Origin: an uncultured Verrucomicrobiota bacterium
Lineage (GTDB): Bacteria; Verrucomicrobiota; Kiritimatiellia; JAAZAB01
Reading direction: 5' to 3'
Length of the DNA stretch: 64,000 bases
Assembly: GCA_964650945.1 (NCBI GenBank)
Contig: CAZYXU010000002.1
Location: 22,105 to 86,104, forward strand
The position numbers were made by a program, and so were the translations under genes. The notes under the pieces were generated by a model. The model saw nothing but the letters and a program-made list of their open reading frames with translations. It ran no database searches and was not told where the DNA came from. The stretch's first letter is position 1; each line of letters begins with the position of its first letter. Below, one piece after another: positions 54,498 to 64,000 of the stretch.

Positions 54498-55497
54498 GGC
54501 CCTCTCCCACTGCCCTGATAATATGTTCGTTCAAATTGAGCCGGACGGAATCGCGCACTACACGGATGGCATGATAAATGGCGCGGGGCGAGGAGGCGCC
54601 GTGGGAGATGACGCACACGCCGTTGACTCCCAGCAAGGGCGCGCCGCCGTACATCTCCGGATTCATGTTGGCGCGCATGGCGCGCAAAGCGCCGCTCAGC
54701 AGCAAGGCGCCGGCCAGCCGCAGCGGGTTGCGGCGGAATTCCTGCTTGATCCAATGCCCCACCGCATGGGCGACGCTTTCGCTGGTCTTGAGAATGACGT
54801 TGCCGACAAAGCCGTCGCAGACCGCTACGTCAATTTCGCCCTCGAAAAGATCATGCCCTTCGATATTGCCGCGAAAATTGATCGCGGGCGCATCTTGCAG
54901 CAATTTGAACGCTTCCTTGGTGGTCTCGTTGCCTTTGCTGTCCTCCGTGCCGACGCTCATCAGGCCGACCAGGGGATGGGCGCAGCCCAAAATTTCCCGG
55001 GCGTATAACGCGCCCATCATGGCAAACTGGAGCAACATCGCCGGCGGGCAATCGGTATTGGCGCCGGCGTCAATTAAAACGAACGGCTTGCGCGGCGTCG
55101 GCATGACCGTGGCGATGGCCGGGCGGTCAATCCCGGCGAGCGTCCGCAATTTGAGCGTGGCCGCGACGACTACCGCCCCGGTATTGCCGGCGGAAATCAT
55201 CCCCTGCGCCGCGCCGCTTTTAACCAGGTCAATGGCGCGGCTGATGGATGAATCCTTTTTGCGCCGGACAGCCTGCGCGGGAGCTTCATCCATGCCGATC
55301 GCCTCCGATGCATGTAAAATCTCCACGGAATCGGGGATACGGCCCCGCTGAGCCGCGAACTCCCGCCGGATGGCCGGCTCATCCCCCACCAGCACCAGCC
55401 GATCAATTCCCTGCAAGTGCCGGGCGGCATCCAGGGTACCGGCCACCACAGCGGCCGGAGCAAAATCGCCCCCCATGGCATCAACGGCAATTTTCAT
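54487..55497 (-). CDS. plsX: Phosphate acyltransferase PlsX
   Basis: MKIAVDAMGGDFAP N-terminus. Start at 55497. The track ORF begins at a TTG further upstream. Confidence 0.9.
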   Translation of the reverse strand: MKIAVDAMGGDFAPAAVVAGTLDAARHLQGIDRLVLVGDEPAIRREFAAQRGRIPDSVEILHASEAIGMDEAPAQAVRRKKDSSISRAIDLVKSGAAQGMISAGNTGAVVVAATLKLRTLAGIDRPAIATVMPTPRKPFVLIDAGANTDCPPAMLLQFAMMGALYAREILGCAHPLVGLMSVGTEDSKGNETTKEAFKLLQDAPAINFRGNIEGHDLFEGEIDVAVCDGFVGNVILKTSESVAHAVGHWIKQEFRRNPLRLAGALLLSGALRAMRANMNPEMYGGAPLLGVNGVCVISHGASSPRAIYHAIRVVRDSVRLNLNEHIIRAVGEGHVS

Positions 55498-55511
55498 CGG
55501 ACAGACCTTGG

Positions 55512-55694
55512 CTAATCGGCGGTGATTGACAACACTTGACGTCCGCGGTAATAGCCGCAGGCTGCGCAGACGCGGTGCGGCAGGTGCGCATCGCCACAAT
55601 TAGGACAAGGCTTGGCGGCAGCCAAAGTGATTTTATGCGAGCGTTTGCACATCCGGACCCTACTCTTCGATTTTCTGCGTTTTGGCATTGCCAT
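55512..55694 (-). CDS. rpmF: 50S ribosomal protein L32
   Basis: MAMPKRRKSKSRVRMCKRSH... with a CxxC...CxxC zinc ribbon. Canonical position upstream of plsX. Confidence 0.8.
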   Translation of the reverse strand: MAMPKRRKSKSRVRMCKRSHKITLAAAKPCPNCGDAHLPHRVCAACGYYRGRQVLSITAD

Positions 55695-56229
55695 CGGATT
55701 TTCCCTCCATGCGGTCTTTGATGCGGTCAGCCTGGGCGCCGCCGCCCGGGGGCAAATCCCCGGTCGGCATACGCTCCAGCGCCTCCCATAAATTGCCGTA
55801 ATCCGCGCGCCGCGGCCCGGGGCAACGGCATTTCCCTTGATTTAAATCGACCCCGCAACCGGCGCACAGGCCCCGGCAATCATCGCGGCAAAGCCAATTC
55901 GACGGAAAGCTCAAGATAATATCTTCACGGATATCCGGGGTCAAGTCAATTGCGGCATTGTCCGAAGCAAGTTGGAACGAGCGGGTAAAGTCCGGCACAA
56001 CCTGCCGCCGTTTGAACCACGCGCCGCAGCGGGCGCAGAGGCATTCCATCTCCAGCGCCAGGATCCCCCGCAACAACAATTCATCGTCCACGCACTCGGC
56101 GCGCAAATCATATTGCAGCGCCGCGCCGGGCCGGACGAACGGCAGCGCCTCCAGCGCCAGGTCCAGCGTGGGGATTTCGCCGCGCAATTGCCGCGGGCGT
56201 TTGCGCAAGGGTGCGGGATCAATGATCAT
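55660..56229 (-). CDS. yceD: YceD/DUF177 family protein (large-subunit rRNA accumulation)
   Basis: ~190 aa with C-terminal CxxC...CxxC (CAGCGVDLNQGKCRC). Canonical position upstream of rpmF. The apparent 35-nt overlap with rpmF suggests one of the two boundaries is misplaced. Confidence 0.7.
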   Translation of the reverse strand: MIIDPAPLRKRPRQLRGEIPTLDLALEALPFVRPGAALQYDLRAECVDDELLLRGILALEMECLCARCGAWFKRRQVVPDFTRSFQLASDNAAIDLTPDIREDIILSFPSNWLCRDDCRGLCAGCGVDLNQGKCRCPGPRRADYGNLWEALERMPTGDLPPGGGAQADRIKDRMEGKSDGNAKTQKIEE

Positions 56230-56758
56230 GGAACTTCCGTTGAAGGGCCTGATGCACGAAATCAGGCACAAACAGGCTGGTATCGCCGCCCAGGGCGGCC
56301 ACTTCGCGCACCACGCTGGAACTGACGTAACTGTAAGTCTCCGCGGGCATTAAAAAAATCGTTTCAATGTCCGGCGCGAGTTTGCGGTTGGTCAGGGCCA
56401 TCTGAAATTCATATTCAAAATCGGAAAAAGCCCGCACCCCGCGAATCACCGCCCGGGCGCCGCGCCGGCGGGCGTAATCCATTAACAAGCCGTCAAACGG
56501 CTCGACCTCCAGCGTGGGCATTTCCGGCAGCAACTGGCGCGCCATCGCCACCCGTTCGTCAATGGTGAACAAGGGCTGTTTATGGGAGCCGGCGGAAACC
56601 GCCATCACGACGCGCTCGAACAAACGCAACGCCCGCCGCAGGAGGTCCAGATGCCCCAAGGTCAACGGATCGAAAGTGCCCGGATATATCGCCAGACTGC
56701 GCAAGCTGTTACTCCCCGGCGGCGGCGCGCCGATAAATGCAAACACGCGTCTCGCCAT
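56219..56758 (-). CDS. coaD: Phosphopantetheine adenylyltransferase CoaD
   Basis: AIYPGTFDPLTLGHLD (H/T-x-G-H nucleotidyltransferase motif) and ISSSxVRE. The start is probably a non-ATG codon near 56700, because no Met precedes the AIYPG motif. Confidence 0.8.
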   Translation of the reverse strand: MARRVFAFIGAPPPGSNSLRSLAIYPGTFDPLTLGHLDLLRRALRLFERVVMAVSAGSHKQPLFTIDERVAMARQLLPEMPTLEVEPFDGLLMDYARRRGARAVIRGVRAFSDFEYEFQMALTNRKLAPDIETIFLMPAETYSYVSSSVVREVAALGGDTSLFVPDFVHQALQRKFHDH

Positions 56759-57320
56759 AGCGCCGATCGCGCAATAAATCCCACCCCGGCGTTGCCAGCG
56801 GCGCCAGGGCGGACGGCTGTTCCAAAACCAAGCACGCGTTTGGGTGTAAGATAGCCCCTGGCGTCAACGCTGGCAAGAGTTTTTTAAGCAAGGCGCCATC
56901 CCGTTCATACGGCGGATCGGCAAAAACCAGGTCGAATTGCGGACCGGTCCCCGCCGCCGCACGCCGGGATAAAAACCGCAGCGCATCATCGCAAATGCAC
57001 ACCAATCCCGTTGCCGGACCGTCCCGGTCCAGCGTCACCGCCGGGGCGGCCCCGCTTAAACTGCGGACGTTTTCGCAGAGGTTCGCCCAGACCCGGCGCT
57101 GTCTTTCGACCCAGACCGCCAGGGCGGCGCCGCGGCTGTAGGCTTCCAGTCCCAATACCCCCGTGCCGGCAAATAAATCCAGGACGCGGGCGCGCGCCAC
57201 GCTTGCGCCCAGCATCGAAAACACCGCCGCGCGCACGCGATCCTGGGTCGGCCGCACCGCCCCGGCCGGCACGCGCAACTGGCGCCCGCGCAGAACGCCT
57301 CCGGTGACTCGTATTGCCAT
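56709..57320 (-). CDS. rsmD: 16S rRNA (guanine966-N2)-methyltransferase RsmD
   Basis: RPTQDRVRAAVFSML, DLFAGTGVLGLEAYSRGA and DPPY motifs. Confidence 0.8.
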   Translation of the reverse strand: MAIRVTGGVLRGRQLRVPAGAVRPTQDRVRAAVFSMLGASVARARVLDLFAGTGVLGLEAYSRGAALAVWVERQRRVWANLCENVRSLSGAAPAVTLDRDGPATGLVCICDDALRFLSRRAAAGTGPQFDLVFADPPYERDGALLKKLLPALTPGAILHPNACLVLEQPSALAPLATPGWDLLRDRRYGETRVCIYRRAAAGE

Positions 57321-57459
57321 GGCGTGATGGACCTTTCCAATCCGGCCGCCGCACGCAGCCGCGCGGGTTCGATTAAAAAAAGGGAATTAACAGGCGCGCG
57401 GACGTATTTTGCTTTTACAACCGCGCTAAAAAATCTACACTCTTGACGTCTTCAAGTCA

Positions 57460-59379
57460 ATGCACGAAAGCGCGGCAGGGGCAATGTTAAATGTCAACCA
57501 AGTCGGGAAAGCCTACGGCGGGCGCACGCTGTTGCGCGATGTGTCATTCCACGTCAACCGGAATGACCGCATCGGCTTGATCGGACCCAACGGCTCCGGC
57601 AAATCCACGATTTTCCGGCTGATTCTGGGGCAAATTGAACCGGATGCCGGCACGGTCGCATTGCGCCCCGGCGCCCGCATGGGGCATCTCCCGCAGGAAA
57701 TGCCGGCGGCCAACACCGCGACCGCGCTGGAGACCGCCACGGCCATCACCCCTGAAATCGCCGCCTTGCAAAATGTCTTGCGCACGGCCGGCGTGGCGGA
57801 CGAAGCCGCACTGGCGGCCCGGGCGCGGCTGGATGAATTGCGGATTTTCGAACTGGAACCCAAGGCCCAAAAACACCTGGCGGGCTTGGGCTTCAAGCCG
57901 GATGATTGCCGGCGCCCCTTGCAAACCCTGAGCGGGGGCTGGGGCATGCGCGCGCATCTGGCGCGGCTGCTGACCCAGGCCCCGGATTTGCTCATGCTGG
58001 ATGAACCCACCAACCACCTGGATCTCGCCGCGCTGGACTGGCTGCAGGAATATTTAAGCAAGTATACCGGCGCCATCCTGATGATTTCGCATGACCGCGA
58101 ATTTCTCAATCGAGTTGTCACCCGGATTTTTGAAATCCGGCAGGCCGGCATCCAGCAGTACCATGGAAATTACGACGCATATGTGATTGAAAGCGCCGCC
58201 CGCCATACCCAGCAATTGGCGGCATACAACCGCCAACAGCGGGAAATCGCCGCGCTGCAGCGTTTTGCCGACCGCTTCCGCGCCAAGGCCTCCAAGGCCG
58301 CGCAAGCGCAGAGCAAACTCAAGCAAATCGCGCGCATGGACCAGATCGCGCCGCCCCCGCCCTTGCCCAAAACCATCGCCTTCCACTGGCCGCAGCCGCC
58401 GCGCAGCGGCCAGCGTGTCATGACCTTGCGCAACATTCACCAGGCTTATGGCGGTCAGATTGTCTACCAGGCATTGAATTACGAAGTGGAACGCGGTCAG
58501 CGCACCGTGCTGGTCGGGCCGAATGGCGCCGGCAAATCCACTTTGTTGAAGATCCTGGCCGGCATCGTGCCGTTTCAAAGCGGGGAACGCGAACCCGGTC
58601 TGCATGTCAAAATCGGATATTACGCCCAACATCGGCTCGAAATGCTGCACCCGCGCCAGACCGTGCTGGAAGAAGCGCGGCAAGCCGCACCCCTGACCGA
58701 CATGCAGACCACCCGCACCGTCCTGGGCGCTTTTTTATTCCGCGGCGATGACGTCTTTAAACCGGTCAGCGTTTTAAGCGGCGGTGAAAAAAGCCGCCTG
58801 GCGCTGGTGAAACTGCTGCTGGATCCCCCGAACTTGCTGCTGATGGACGAGCCCACCACCCACTTGGACATACCGGGCATGGACGCTTTGGCCGCCGCGC
58901 TGCGCCACTACCAAGGCACCCTGCTTTTCATCAGCCATGACGTCTATTTCATCCGCGCCATCGCCAACACGGTGCTGCACATCCATGACGGCGCGCTCAC
59001 CCCTTTTGCTGGCAATTATGACTATTACATCGAGCGCACCCGCGCCGCTTCCGCGCGCGCCGCTCTGACGGCGGGAGGGCCCGCCGGCGTTGGCCCCGCC
59101 CCCGCGCCAGCAGCCCGCTCAATCTGCCAGCCCCGGATCCCGACCCGGCGCGCACAGCAAAAAAGACTGGCCGGGCTGGAAAAACAAATCGCCGAACTGG
59201 AGCGGCAACAGGCCGCGCTGGCCGACCTTCTGGCGGATCCCGCGACCTATACCCGCCCGGGTGGCGCCCGGGAACCGACGGCGCAACTCGCGCAGACGGC
59301 GGCTTCGCTTGAGGCGCTTTACGCCCAATGGGAATCCTTATCTACGGCCGGAAATTTGCCGGGCGGGAATTTGCCTTGA
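57460..59379 (+). CDS. ABC-F family ATPase (tandem ABC domains, translation-associated)
   Basis: Two Walker A motifs (GPNGSGKST and GPNGAGKST), two LSGGE signatures and an interdomain linker. The C-terminal coiled-coil-like extension is Ala/Gln-rich. Confidence 0.85.
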   Translation: MHESAAGAMLNVNQVGKAYGGRTLLRDVSFHVNRNDRIGLIGPNGSGKSTIFRLILGQIEPDAGTVALRPGARMGHLPQEMPAANTATALETATAITPEIAALQNVLRTAGVADEAALAARARLDELRIFELEPKAQKHLAGLGFKPDDCRRPLQTLSGGWGMRAHLARLLTQAPDLLMLDEPTNHLDLAALDWLQEYLSKYTGAILMISHDREFLNRVVTRIFEIRQAGIQQYHGNYDAYVIESAARHTQQLAAYNRQQREIAALQRFADRFRAKASKAAQAQSKLKQIARMDQIAPPPPLPKTIAFHWPQPPRSGQRVMTLRNIHQAYGGQIVYQALNYEVERGQRTVLVGPNGAGKSTLLKILAGIVPFQSGEREPGLHVKIGYYAQHRLEMLHPRQTVLEEARQAAPLTDMQTTRTVLGAFLFRGDDVFKPVSVLSGGEKSRLALVKLLLDPPNLLLMDEPTTHLDIPGMDALAAALRHYQGTLLFISHDVYFIRAIANTVLHIHDGALTPFAGNYDYYIERTRAASARAALTAGGPAGVGPAPAPAARSICQPRIPTRRAQQKRLAGLEKQIAELERQQAALADLLADPATYTRPGGAREPTAQLAQTAASLEALYAQWESLSTAGNLPGGNLP

Positions 59380-59472
59380 CATTTTCCCGGCCTTAATTGA
59401 AAATTAAAATTGTTGAAAAACCATATTAGGGCATGTTCTGAAATCCATCCAAGCAAGAGGAGTTATGGAGTT

Positions 59473-61641
59473 ATGAAGACGATACGTTTACTGGCCGCCG
59501 CCTTGGCGGCATTTTGGGTTGCCGGCCTCCAGGCGGCGCCCCCTGCCGTCGCCCCGCTCAACCCCGACTTTACCAGCCATTTGGAAAAACAAGAGCAGGC
59601 CGTGACCGACCCCCGTCGGCTGGCGCCGCCGGATGATGAAGAAAATTACGGCTATGTGCCGCCGCCAACCGTCCTGCCGCAGGTCCCGGAAGACTTGGTT
59701 TTTGGCATGGAACGCAAGACCTTCCCCGCCCGCTACGACCTGCGCACACTCGGCAAGGTAACGCCCGTCCGGGACCAGGGCAATGAAGGCGCCTGCTGGG
59801 CGTTCGCCACTTTCGGCTCGATGGAATCCTGCCTGCTGACCGCCGAGAACCGGGATTTTTCGGAAAACAACCTGGTCAACCTGGCTGGATTCGACTGGGG
59901 GTTCAGCGATGGCGGCAATGCCGAGATGTCCACTGCCTACCTGGCGCGCTGGAACGGGCCGGTCCTTGAAAGCCAGGACCCCTACCCGCGCCCCGGCCAG
60001 AGCACCAGCCTGGCGCCGCTGAAACACGTGCAACGCGTCTATTTCTTTCCCAAACGCACCAGTTACACCGCCAACTCGCTGATCAAGCAGGCGCTCATTG
60101 ATTATGGAGCAGTTTATACCACGATGAGCTCCCAGTCCGGCTATCTGAAGGAAAGCACGGCCGGATATTATTACAATGGCGCGCAGGCGTGCAACCATGC
60201 CGTCACGATCGTCGGCTGGGATGATGACTTCAGCAAAGCAAACTTCCTGATTCAGCCGCCGGGCAACGGCGCCTTTATCGTCAAGAACAGTTGGGGTACG
60301 GGCTGGGGGAAGGCCGGTTATTTTTATATTTCATACTACGACACCAAGGTGGCCGAAAACAGCGCCGTCTTTACACGCCCGGAAGCCGTTGACAACTATG
60401 CCCGCCAATACCGATACGACCCGCTGGGCGCGGTGCGGTGGTTTGGCTACGGCAATGCCGTCTGCTGGGGCGCCAACATCTTCACGGCGGCAGCCGGCGA
60501 ATCGCTGCGCGCCGTGAGTTTTAATACGCCCATCGCGGGGTCGCAGGTCGCAATTTACGTCTACACCGGCTGCGCCGCCAACAGCCCGCGCAGCGGGACC
60601 TTGCGCGCCACGCAGACCGCCACCCTGACCCATGCCGGTTATCACACCTTGAAACTCAACACGGCTGTTGCGCTGACCGCCGGCCAGCGTTTTTCGGTAG
60701 TGGTAAAATTTACCACCACCGGGTACAGCTACCCCCTCCCCTTCGAATGCGCCATCAGCGGCTACAGCAGCCGTGCCACGGCGTCACCCGGCCAGAGCTT
60801 TTTCAGCGCAACCGGAGCTTCCTGGACGGATATGACCAGCTTTGACGGCTCGGCCAACGTCTGTATCAAGGCCTTTACCGGAACCGGGACGCCCCCGCCC
60901 CCGCCGCCGCCCCCGCCCCCGCCACCGACTCCGGGCGCCCCGCTCCTGACGGATTATGACGGCGATGGGCTGGCTGACCCAGCACTGTACCGATCAACCG
61001 GCAACTGGCGCACCATTCTTTCACGGAACGGATACCGCCCGGTGTCATTCAATACGGCTTACAGCGGCAGCCAGTTTTTGCCGATGCCCGGTGATTTTGA
61101 CGGGGATGGCTTGGGCGACCCGGCCGTCCTGGACCGCTCCAGCGGACGCTACCGGTTCTACTCATCGCGCCACGGATATGCCCGCTATTATATTCCGCAG
61201 GCGTGGTACGAGAGCGGCGCTCGTAACAGCGCCGGCGACATGGATGGGGACCGCTTCGCCGACCCGGTGGCCTACGATCCCGTCGGCCGGACCTGGTACA
61301 TCCTCATGTCCGCTTATAATTACACCCGCTATGCCTGGATCCAATGGGGCGGCTCGAGCTGGATGCCATTCTGCGCGGATTATGACCGGGACGGATACGG
61401 CGACCTGATCGCATATGATACCGTCTCCAAGTACTGGTATATCCTTTTGTCTTCCCAGGGATATCGCCGTTATACATATCATTACTTTGGCTACGCCGGT
61501 TTCACCCCGGTTGTGGATGATGCTGACGGCGACGGCCGGGCCGATCTGGGCTTGTATAACGCCAGCACCGGCGTGTGGCGGATTCTGCTGTCCGGCACGG
61601 GCTACCAGCGGTACGCCACCGCCACCTGGAGCGGTAATTGA
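59473..61641 (+). CDS. Secreted papain-like (C1 family) cysteine peptidase with poly-Pro linker and C-terminal FG-GAP/VCBS-like repeat domain
   Basis: Signal peptide MKTIRLLAAALAAFWVAGLQA. Catalytic Cys motif QGNEGACWAFAT and His motif (CNHAVTIVGWDDD). P13 linker (60891-60925). About 7 repeats of the D-x-D-G-D-G-x-x-D...W-x-I-L type. AGAGGAG RBS before 59473. Confidence 0.7.
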   Translation: MKTIRLLAAALAAFWVAGLQAAPPAVAPLNPDFTSHLEKQEQAVTDPRRLAPPDDEENYGYVPPPTVLPQVPEDLVFGMERKTFPARYDLRTLGKVTPVRDQGNEGACWAFATFGSMESCLLTAENRDFSENNLVNLAGFDWGFSDGGNAEMSTAYLARWNGPVLESQDPYPRPGQSTSLAPLKHVQRVYFFPKRTSYTANSLIKQALIDYGAVYTTMSSQSGYLKESTAGYYYNGAQACNHAVTIVGWDDDFSKANFLIQPPGNGAFIVKNSWGTGWGKAGYFYISYYDTKVAENSAVFTRPEAVDNYARQYRYDPLGAVRWFGYGNAVCWGANIFTAAAGESLRAVSFNTPIAGSQVAIYVYTGCAANSPRSGTLRATQTATLTHAGYHTLKLNTAVALTAGQRFSVVVKFTTTGYSYPLPFECAISGYSSRATASPGQSFFSATGASWTDMTSFDGSANVCIKAFTGTGTPPPPPPPPPPPPTPGAPLLTDYDGDGLADPALYRSTGNWRTILSRNGYRPVSFNTAYSGSQFLPMPGDFDGDGLGDPAVLDRSSGRYRFYSSRHGYARYYIPQAWYESGARNSAGDMDGDRFADPVAYDPVGRTWYILMSAYNYTRYAWIQWGGSSWMPFCADYDRDGYGDLIAYDTVSKYWYILLSSQGYRRYTYHYFGYAGFTPVVDDADGDGRADLGLYNASTGVWRILLSGTGYQRYATATWSGN

Positions 61642-61713
61642 CGTCACCGGACCTGCCCCCACCAATGTAAAAACATCCGTTCCCGGCAATGGAAAAATGC
61701 GCCGCCAGGCGGG

Positions 61714-61786
61714 AGCCAGCTGTCGGGATCGAACCGACGACCTGCTGATTACAAATCAGCTGCTCTACCAACTGAGCTAAGCTGGC
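61714..61786 (-). tRNA. tRNA-Thr (anticodon TGT)
   Basis: Manual fold of the reverse complement: acceptor GCCAGCT/AGCTGGC, D-arm GCTC-AGTTGGTA-GAGC, anticodon stem GCTGA/TCAGC with loop TTTGTAA (TGT), T-arm GTCGG-TTCGATC-CCGAC, discriminator T. Confidence 0.8.
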
Positions 61787-61902
61787 AAAAAAACGCAAGC
61801 ACCGATGGCGGCGATCAGGCGAATGCGGGGATGATTGATAATAAAAAAGTCCGCGGTTTGCAAGTTTTTTAACCTGCCGTTTTCAACCAATCGGCCGGGT
61901 GG

Positions 61903-63636
61903 TTATTGCGGCAGGCTTTTGCCCGAAACGCGCAAGGCTTTGGCAATGATCAGCAATTGCATCATCCGGCCGACCGGTTCGGCATAACCGGCAAAAACTA
62001 CGGATGACTTCAGGGGGGCGAATTGCGGGTCTTCGGGATCGGGACACATGACCACCACTCCCAAACGGGGGCACAGTTTGAGCAGGGCTTTGAGCAAGCC
62101 GCTCATTTCCGCCGCCAACAAACGGATATCCACAATTAAGACATCATGCGTCTGCAATGCCTCGACACCGCCCAGCACTGCCATCATGCTTTCGCGGCGC
62201 TCCAGAATAACTCCCGCTCCGCGCAATGCCTGCGTCAGCCCCGCCGGCTCGTTTTGACCCGCATTCGCCAGAATCAAATGCCAGCCGTTCAGATAATCCC
62301 GAAACTCGACGGGATATTCCGCGTCAGCATCCAGCTCCAATTCCGATAACGCCAGATGCGGCAGACAAACCCGGTAGACGCAAAAGCCGGAAGATGCCTT
62401 TAAAAGCTCCAGCGCGCCCTGCGCTTCTTCAACCAGGGATTTCACGACGGATAAAATAACTCCGCCGTCGTCCGGGCCGGCAATCGCCGGGATGCCGGCG
62501 GCGCCCGCGCCGGCGGCAGCGGCCGTGCCGTCCGGCGCCGGTTCCGCGGTAATCACCATGACCACCGCAAATCTTTCCGGCACATTGGCCAGGGTGCCCG
62601 CGCCGCGACGGGACAGGGTGATGGTCAATATCCCGGGGTGCGCCTGGGCATCCGCGGCCAGCAGCCCCAGGTTCAAGACAACCTGTTCGATTTGACCCGC
62701 GGTCAAAGGCACGGGCGGGCAATCGCCGGCGGCGGAGAATTTCACGGTCCAGGCCGGCGTCAAAGCGATGCGCAGCAAGGCGACCGCCTCTTCCAGGTGG
62801 CGCTCCACCCGCGTCCCGGGACGCCCGTTCATGCCGGCATGGCTCAAGGCCAGCAACTGGCGCGATAACAGCGCGCCTTTCTGGGTTTGCGCTTGAATCA
62901 CCTCCAACGAGTTAACGCCGGCATTCCCTGTCAGACCGCCCCGCGCCAGCAAAGCCGCGTGCCCCGAAATGGCGCATAGGATATTATTAAAGTCGTGGGC
63001 CACCCCGCCGGCGATCCGGCCCACCAACTGCAACAGGGCAATCTGGCGCTGGCGCATTTCCAGGGAACGCAGGTCGGTGACATCGCTCAACAGCACCAGC
63101 CGCACCCCGGATGACGGCTGCGAACGGAAACGCAATGTATGCAAGGCGCCGTCGTAAAAGCAATCGCACTCAAATTCGCGCGGCGCCGCTAAATCCAGGA
63201 GGCATTCAAGCTGGGCCTGGTTGACGCACGGAAACACCTCCATCAACCGGCGGTTTTTCAATTCCCGGATGTGCTTGGGCAGCAATTGCAGCAGGGCGGG
63301 ATTATAACCGGTCACCCGGCCTTCGCGGTCAAGCAAAAGCAAACCATCGCTAATGTAATCCATGGCCGCGACAAACCGGCCGATCCGGCGGCGGCCTTCG
63401 ATCTCCACTGTGGAGCGGATGCTCCACAAGCCGAAGGCGCCGGTCAGAAACATAACGCCCATGGTCAAGGACCAGATGGCCACGCTCAAGTCCCTGATTG
63501 TCTGGCGGTCAGGCGGATCAGTCAGGAGCACGTGCAGGTAAGCGATAATCGAATAGGAAGCCAAGGCCACCGCGCCCAGCAGGATCACCATCAGCAGGGC
63601 ATAACGCCAGGCGCTTTTGGGCAGAAGATTCATGTC
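61903..63636 (-). CDS. Sensor histidine kinase (2 TM, PAS-like, HisKA, HATPase) with C-terminal receiver-like region
   Basis: H-box GGVAHDFNNIL, PAS-like segment (MDYISDGLLLLDREGRVTGYNPAL) and N/G boxes. The start MNLLPKSAW at 63636 makes an ATGA overlap with the secretin stop. Confidence 0.75.
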   Translation of the reverse strand, partial: DMNLLPKSAWRYALLMVILLGAVALASYSIIAYLHVLLTDPPDRQTIRDLSVAIWSLTMGVMFLTGAFGLWSIRSTVEIEGRRRIGRFVAAMDYISDGLLLLDREGRVTGYNPALLQLLPKHIRELKNRRLMEVFPCVNQAQLECLLDLAAPREFECDCFYDGALHTLRFRSQPSSGVRLVLLSDVTDLRSLEMRQRQIALLQLVGRIAGGVAHDFNNILCAISGHAALLARGGLTGNAGVNSLEVIQAQTQKGALLSRQLLALSHAGMNGRPGTRVERHLEEAVALLRIALTPAWTVKFSAAGDCPPVPLTAGQIEQVVLNLGLLAADAQAHPGILTITLSRRGAGTLANVPERFAVVMVITAEPAPDGTAAAAGAGAAGIPAIAGPDDGGVILSVVKSLVEEAQGALELLKASSGFCVYRVCLPHLALSELELDADAEYPVEFRDYLNGWHLILANAGQNEPAGLTQALRGAGVILERRESMMAVLGGVEALQTHDVLIVDIRLLAAEMSGLLKALLKLCPRLGVVVMCPDPEDPQFAPLKSSVVFAGYAEPVGRMMQLLIIAKALRVSGKSLPQ

Positions 63637-64000
63637 AAGGGGCAGGCTGGCTGGCGCCGGCCTCCGCCGCCGCGTTGGTCGGGGCAATGGCCGCTTCCGC
63701 CGCGCTATTGGAGGACACGGCCAAGGGACCCGCCAACCCCAGCGCTGCCGGGGCTTGCTTGGGGTCCAACGGGGTGTAGTCGAACTCCGCCATCGCCTGA
63801 CGTCCCAGCACTTCCAAGCCGGTCAAGGGCTCATTCTCGTCCAAAATCGTCGGCGTCAGCATGATCAGCAGGTTGGAACGATCCACCTCGTCCGTGGTGT
63901 GCCGGAAAAGCAAACCGATCAACGGGATGTCGCCCAGAATGGGCACGCGTGTCTCCTTCTTGGACTTGCTGTCCTCCATCAAGCCGCCGATCACCACGGT
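63635..64000 (-). CDS. Type IV pilus / T2SS secretin (PilQ/GspD family), C-terminal fragment. The N-terminus lies beyond the window end.
   Basis: Conserved secretin C-domain: GGLMEDSKSKKETRVPILGDIPLIGLLFR. Confidence 0.7.
   Translation of the reverse strand, partial: TVVIGGLMEDSKSKKETRVPILGDIPLIGLLFRHTTDEVDRSNLLIMLTPTILDENEPLTGLEVLGRQAMAEFDYTPLDPKQAPAALGLAGPLAVSSNSAAEAAIAPTNAAAEAGASQPAP

Noticed and set aside
60891-60925. ccgcccccgccgcc... nucleotide repeat
   Set aside because: This is not an independent SSR feature. It encodes the Pro13 linker of the C1 peptidase.
1-64000. CRISPR arrays, rRNA genes, IS elements, integrases
   Set aside because: No regularly spaced direct repeats, no rRNA-like stretches and no transposase or integrase-like ORFs were recognised. 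The only repeat structures are those noted at 5488-5750 and the short intergenic dyads.

Overview
This is a high-GC (~65%) bacterial chromosomal window, densely coded and mostly on the minus strand. The central feature (~10.0-27.4 kb) is a metal(loid)-handling island made of two ArsR-headed minus-strand operons flanking a divergent czcD-like CDF gene. Operon A reads arsR, a cysteine-tailed thioredoxin-like membrane protein, ccdA, hgcA, hgcB, arsP, arsC, acr3 and a CDF. The mercury-methylation pair hgcAB sits inside it: HgcA carries the NVWCAAGK cap-helix motif, and HgcB is a 2x[4Fe-4S] ferredoxin with a Cys-rich tail. Operon B reads arsR, a COG0701 permease, a tripartite RND pump (OMF-MFP-RND), two thioredoxin-family proteins, a second ccdA and a small Cys protein. 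The rest of the window holds: an Hnd/NuoEF-like flavoprotein module with DRTGG/CBS/HATPase/PHP regulatory genes (1-4.7 kb); Fe-ADH and cupin; DegP; tRNA-Pro followed by a low-GC secreted-protein gene; a GrpE and tandem-Hsp20 heat-shock cluster; LarB-LarC nickel-pincer cofactor genes; GlyRS; a radical-SAM and multi-transporter operon; type IV pilus pilB-pilC and a partial secretin; a large polytopic membrane protein; the conserved rsmD-coaD-yceD-rpmF-plsX-fabH-fabD block; an ABC-F ATPase; a secreted C1 peptidase with FG-GAP-like repeats; tRNA-Thr; and a histidine kinase. No CRISPR array, rRNA or recognisable IS or integrase was found. All calls rest on motif and domain recognition by eye from the ORF translations. 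No database search was possible.
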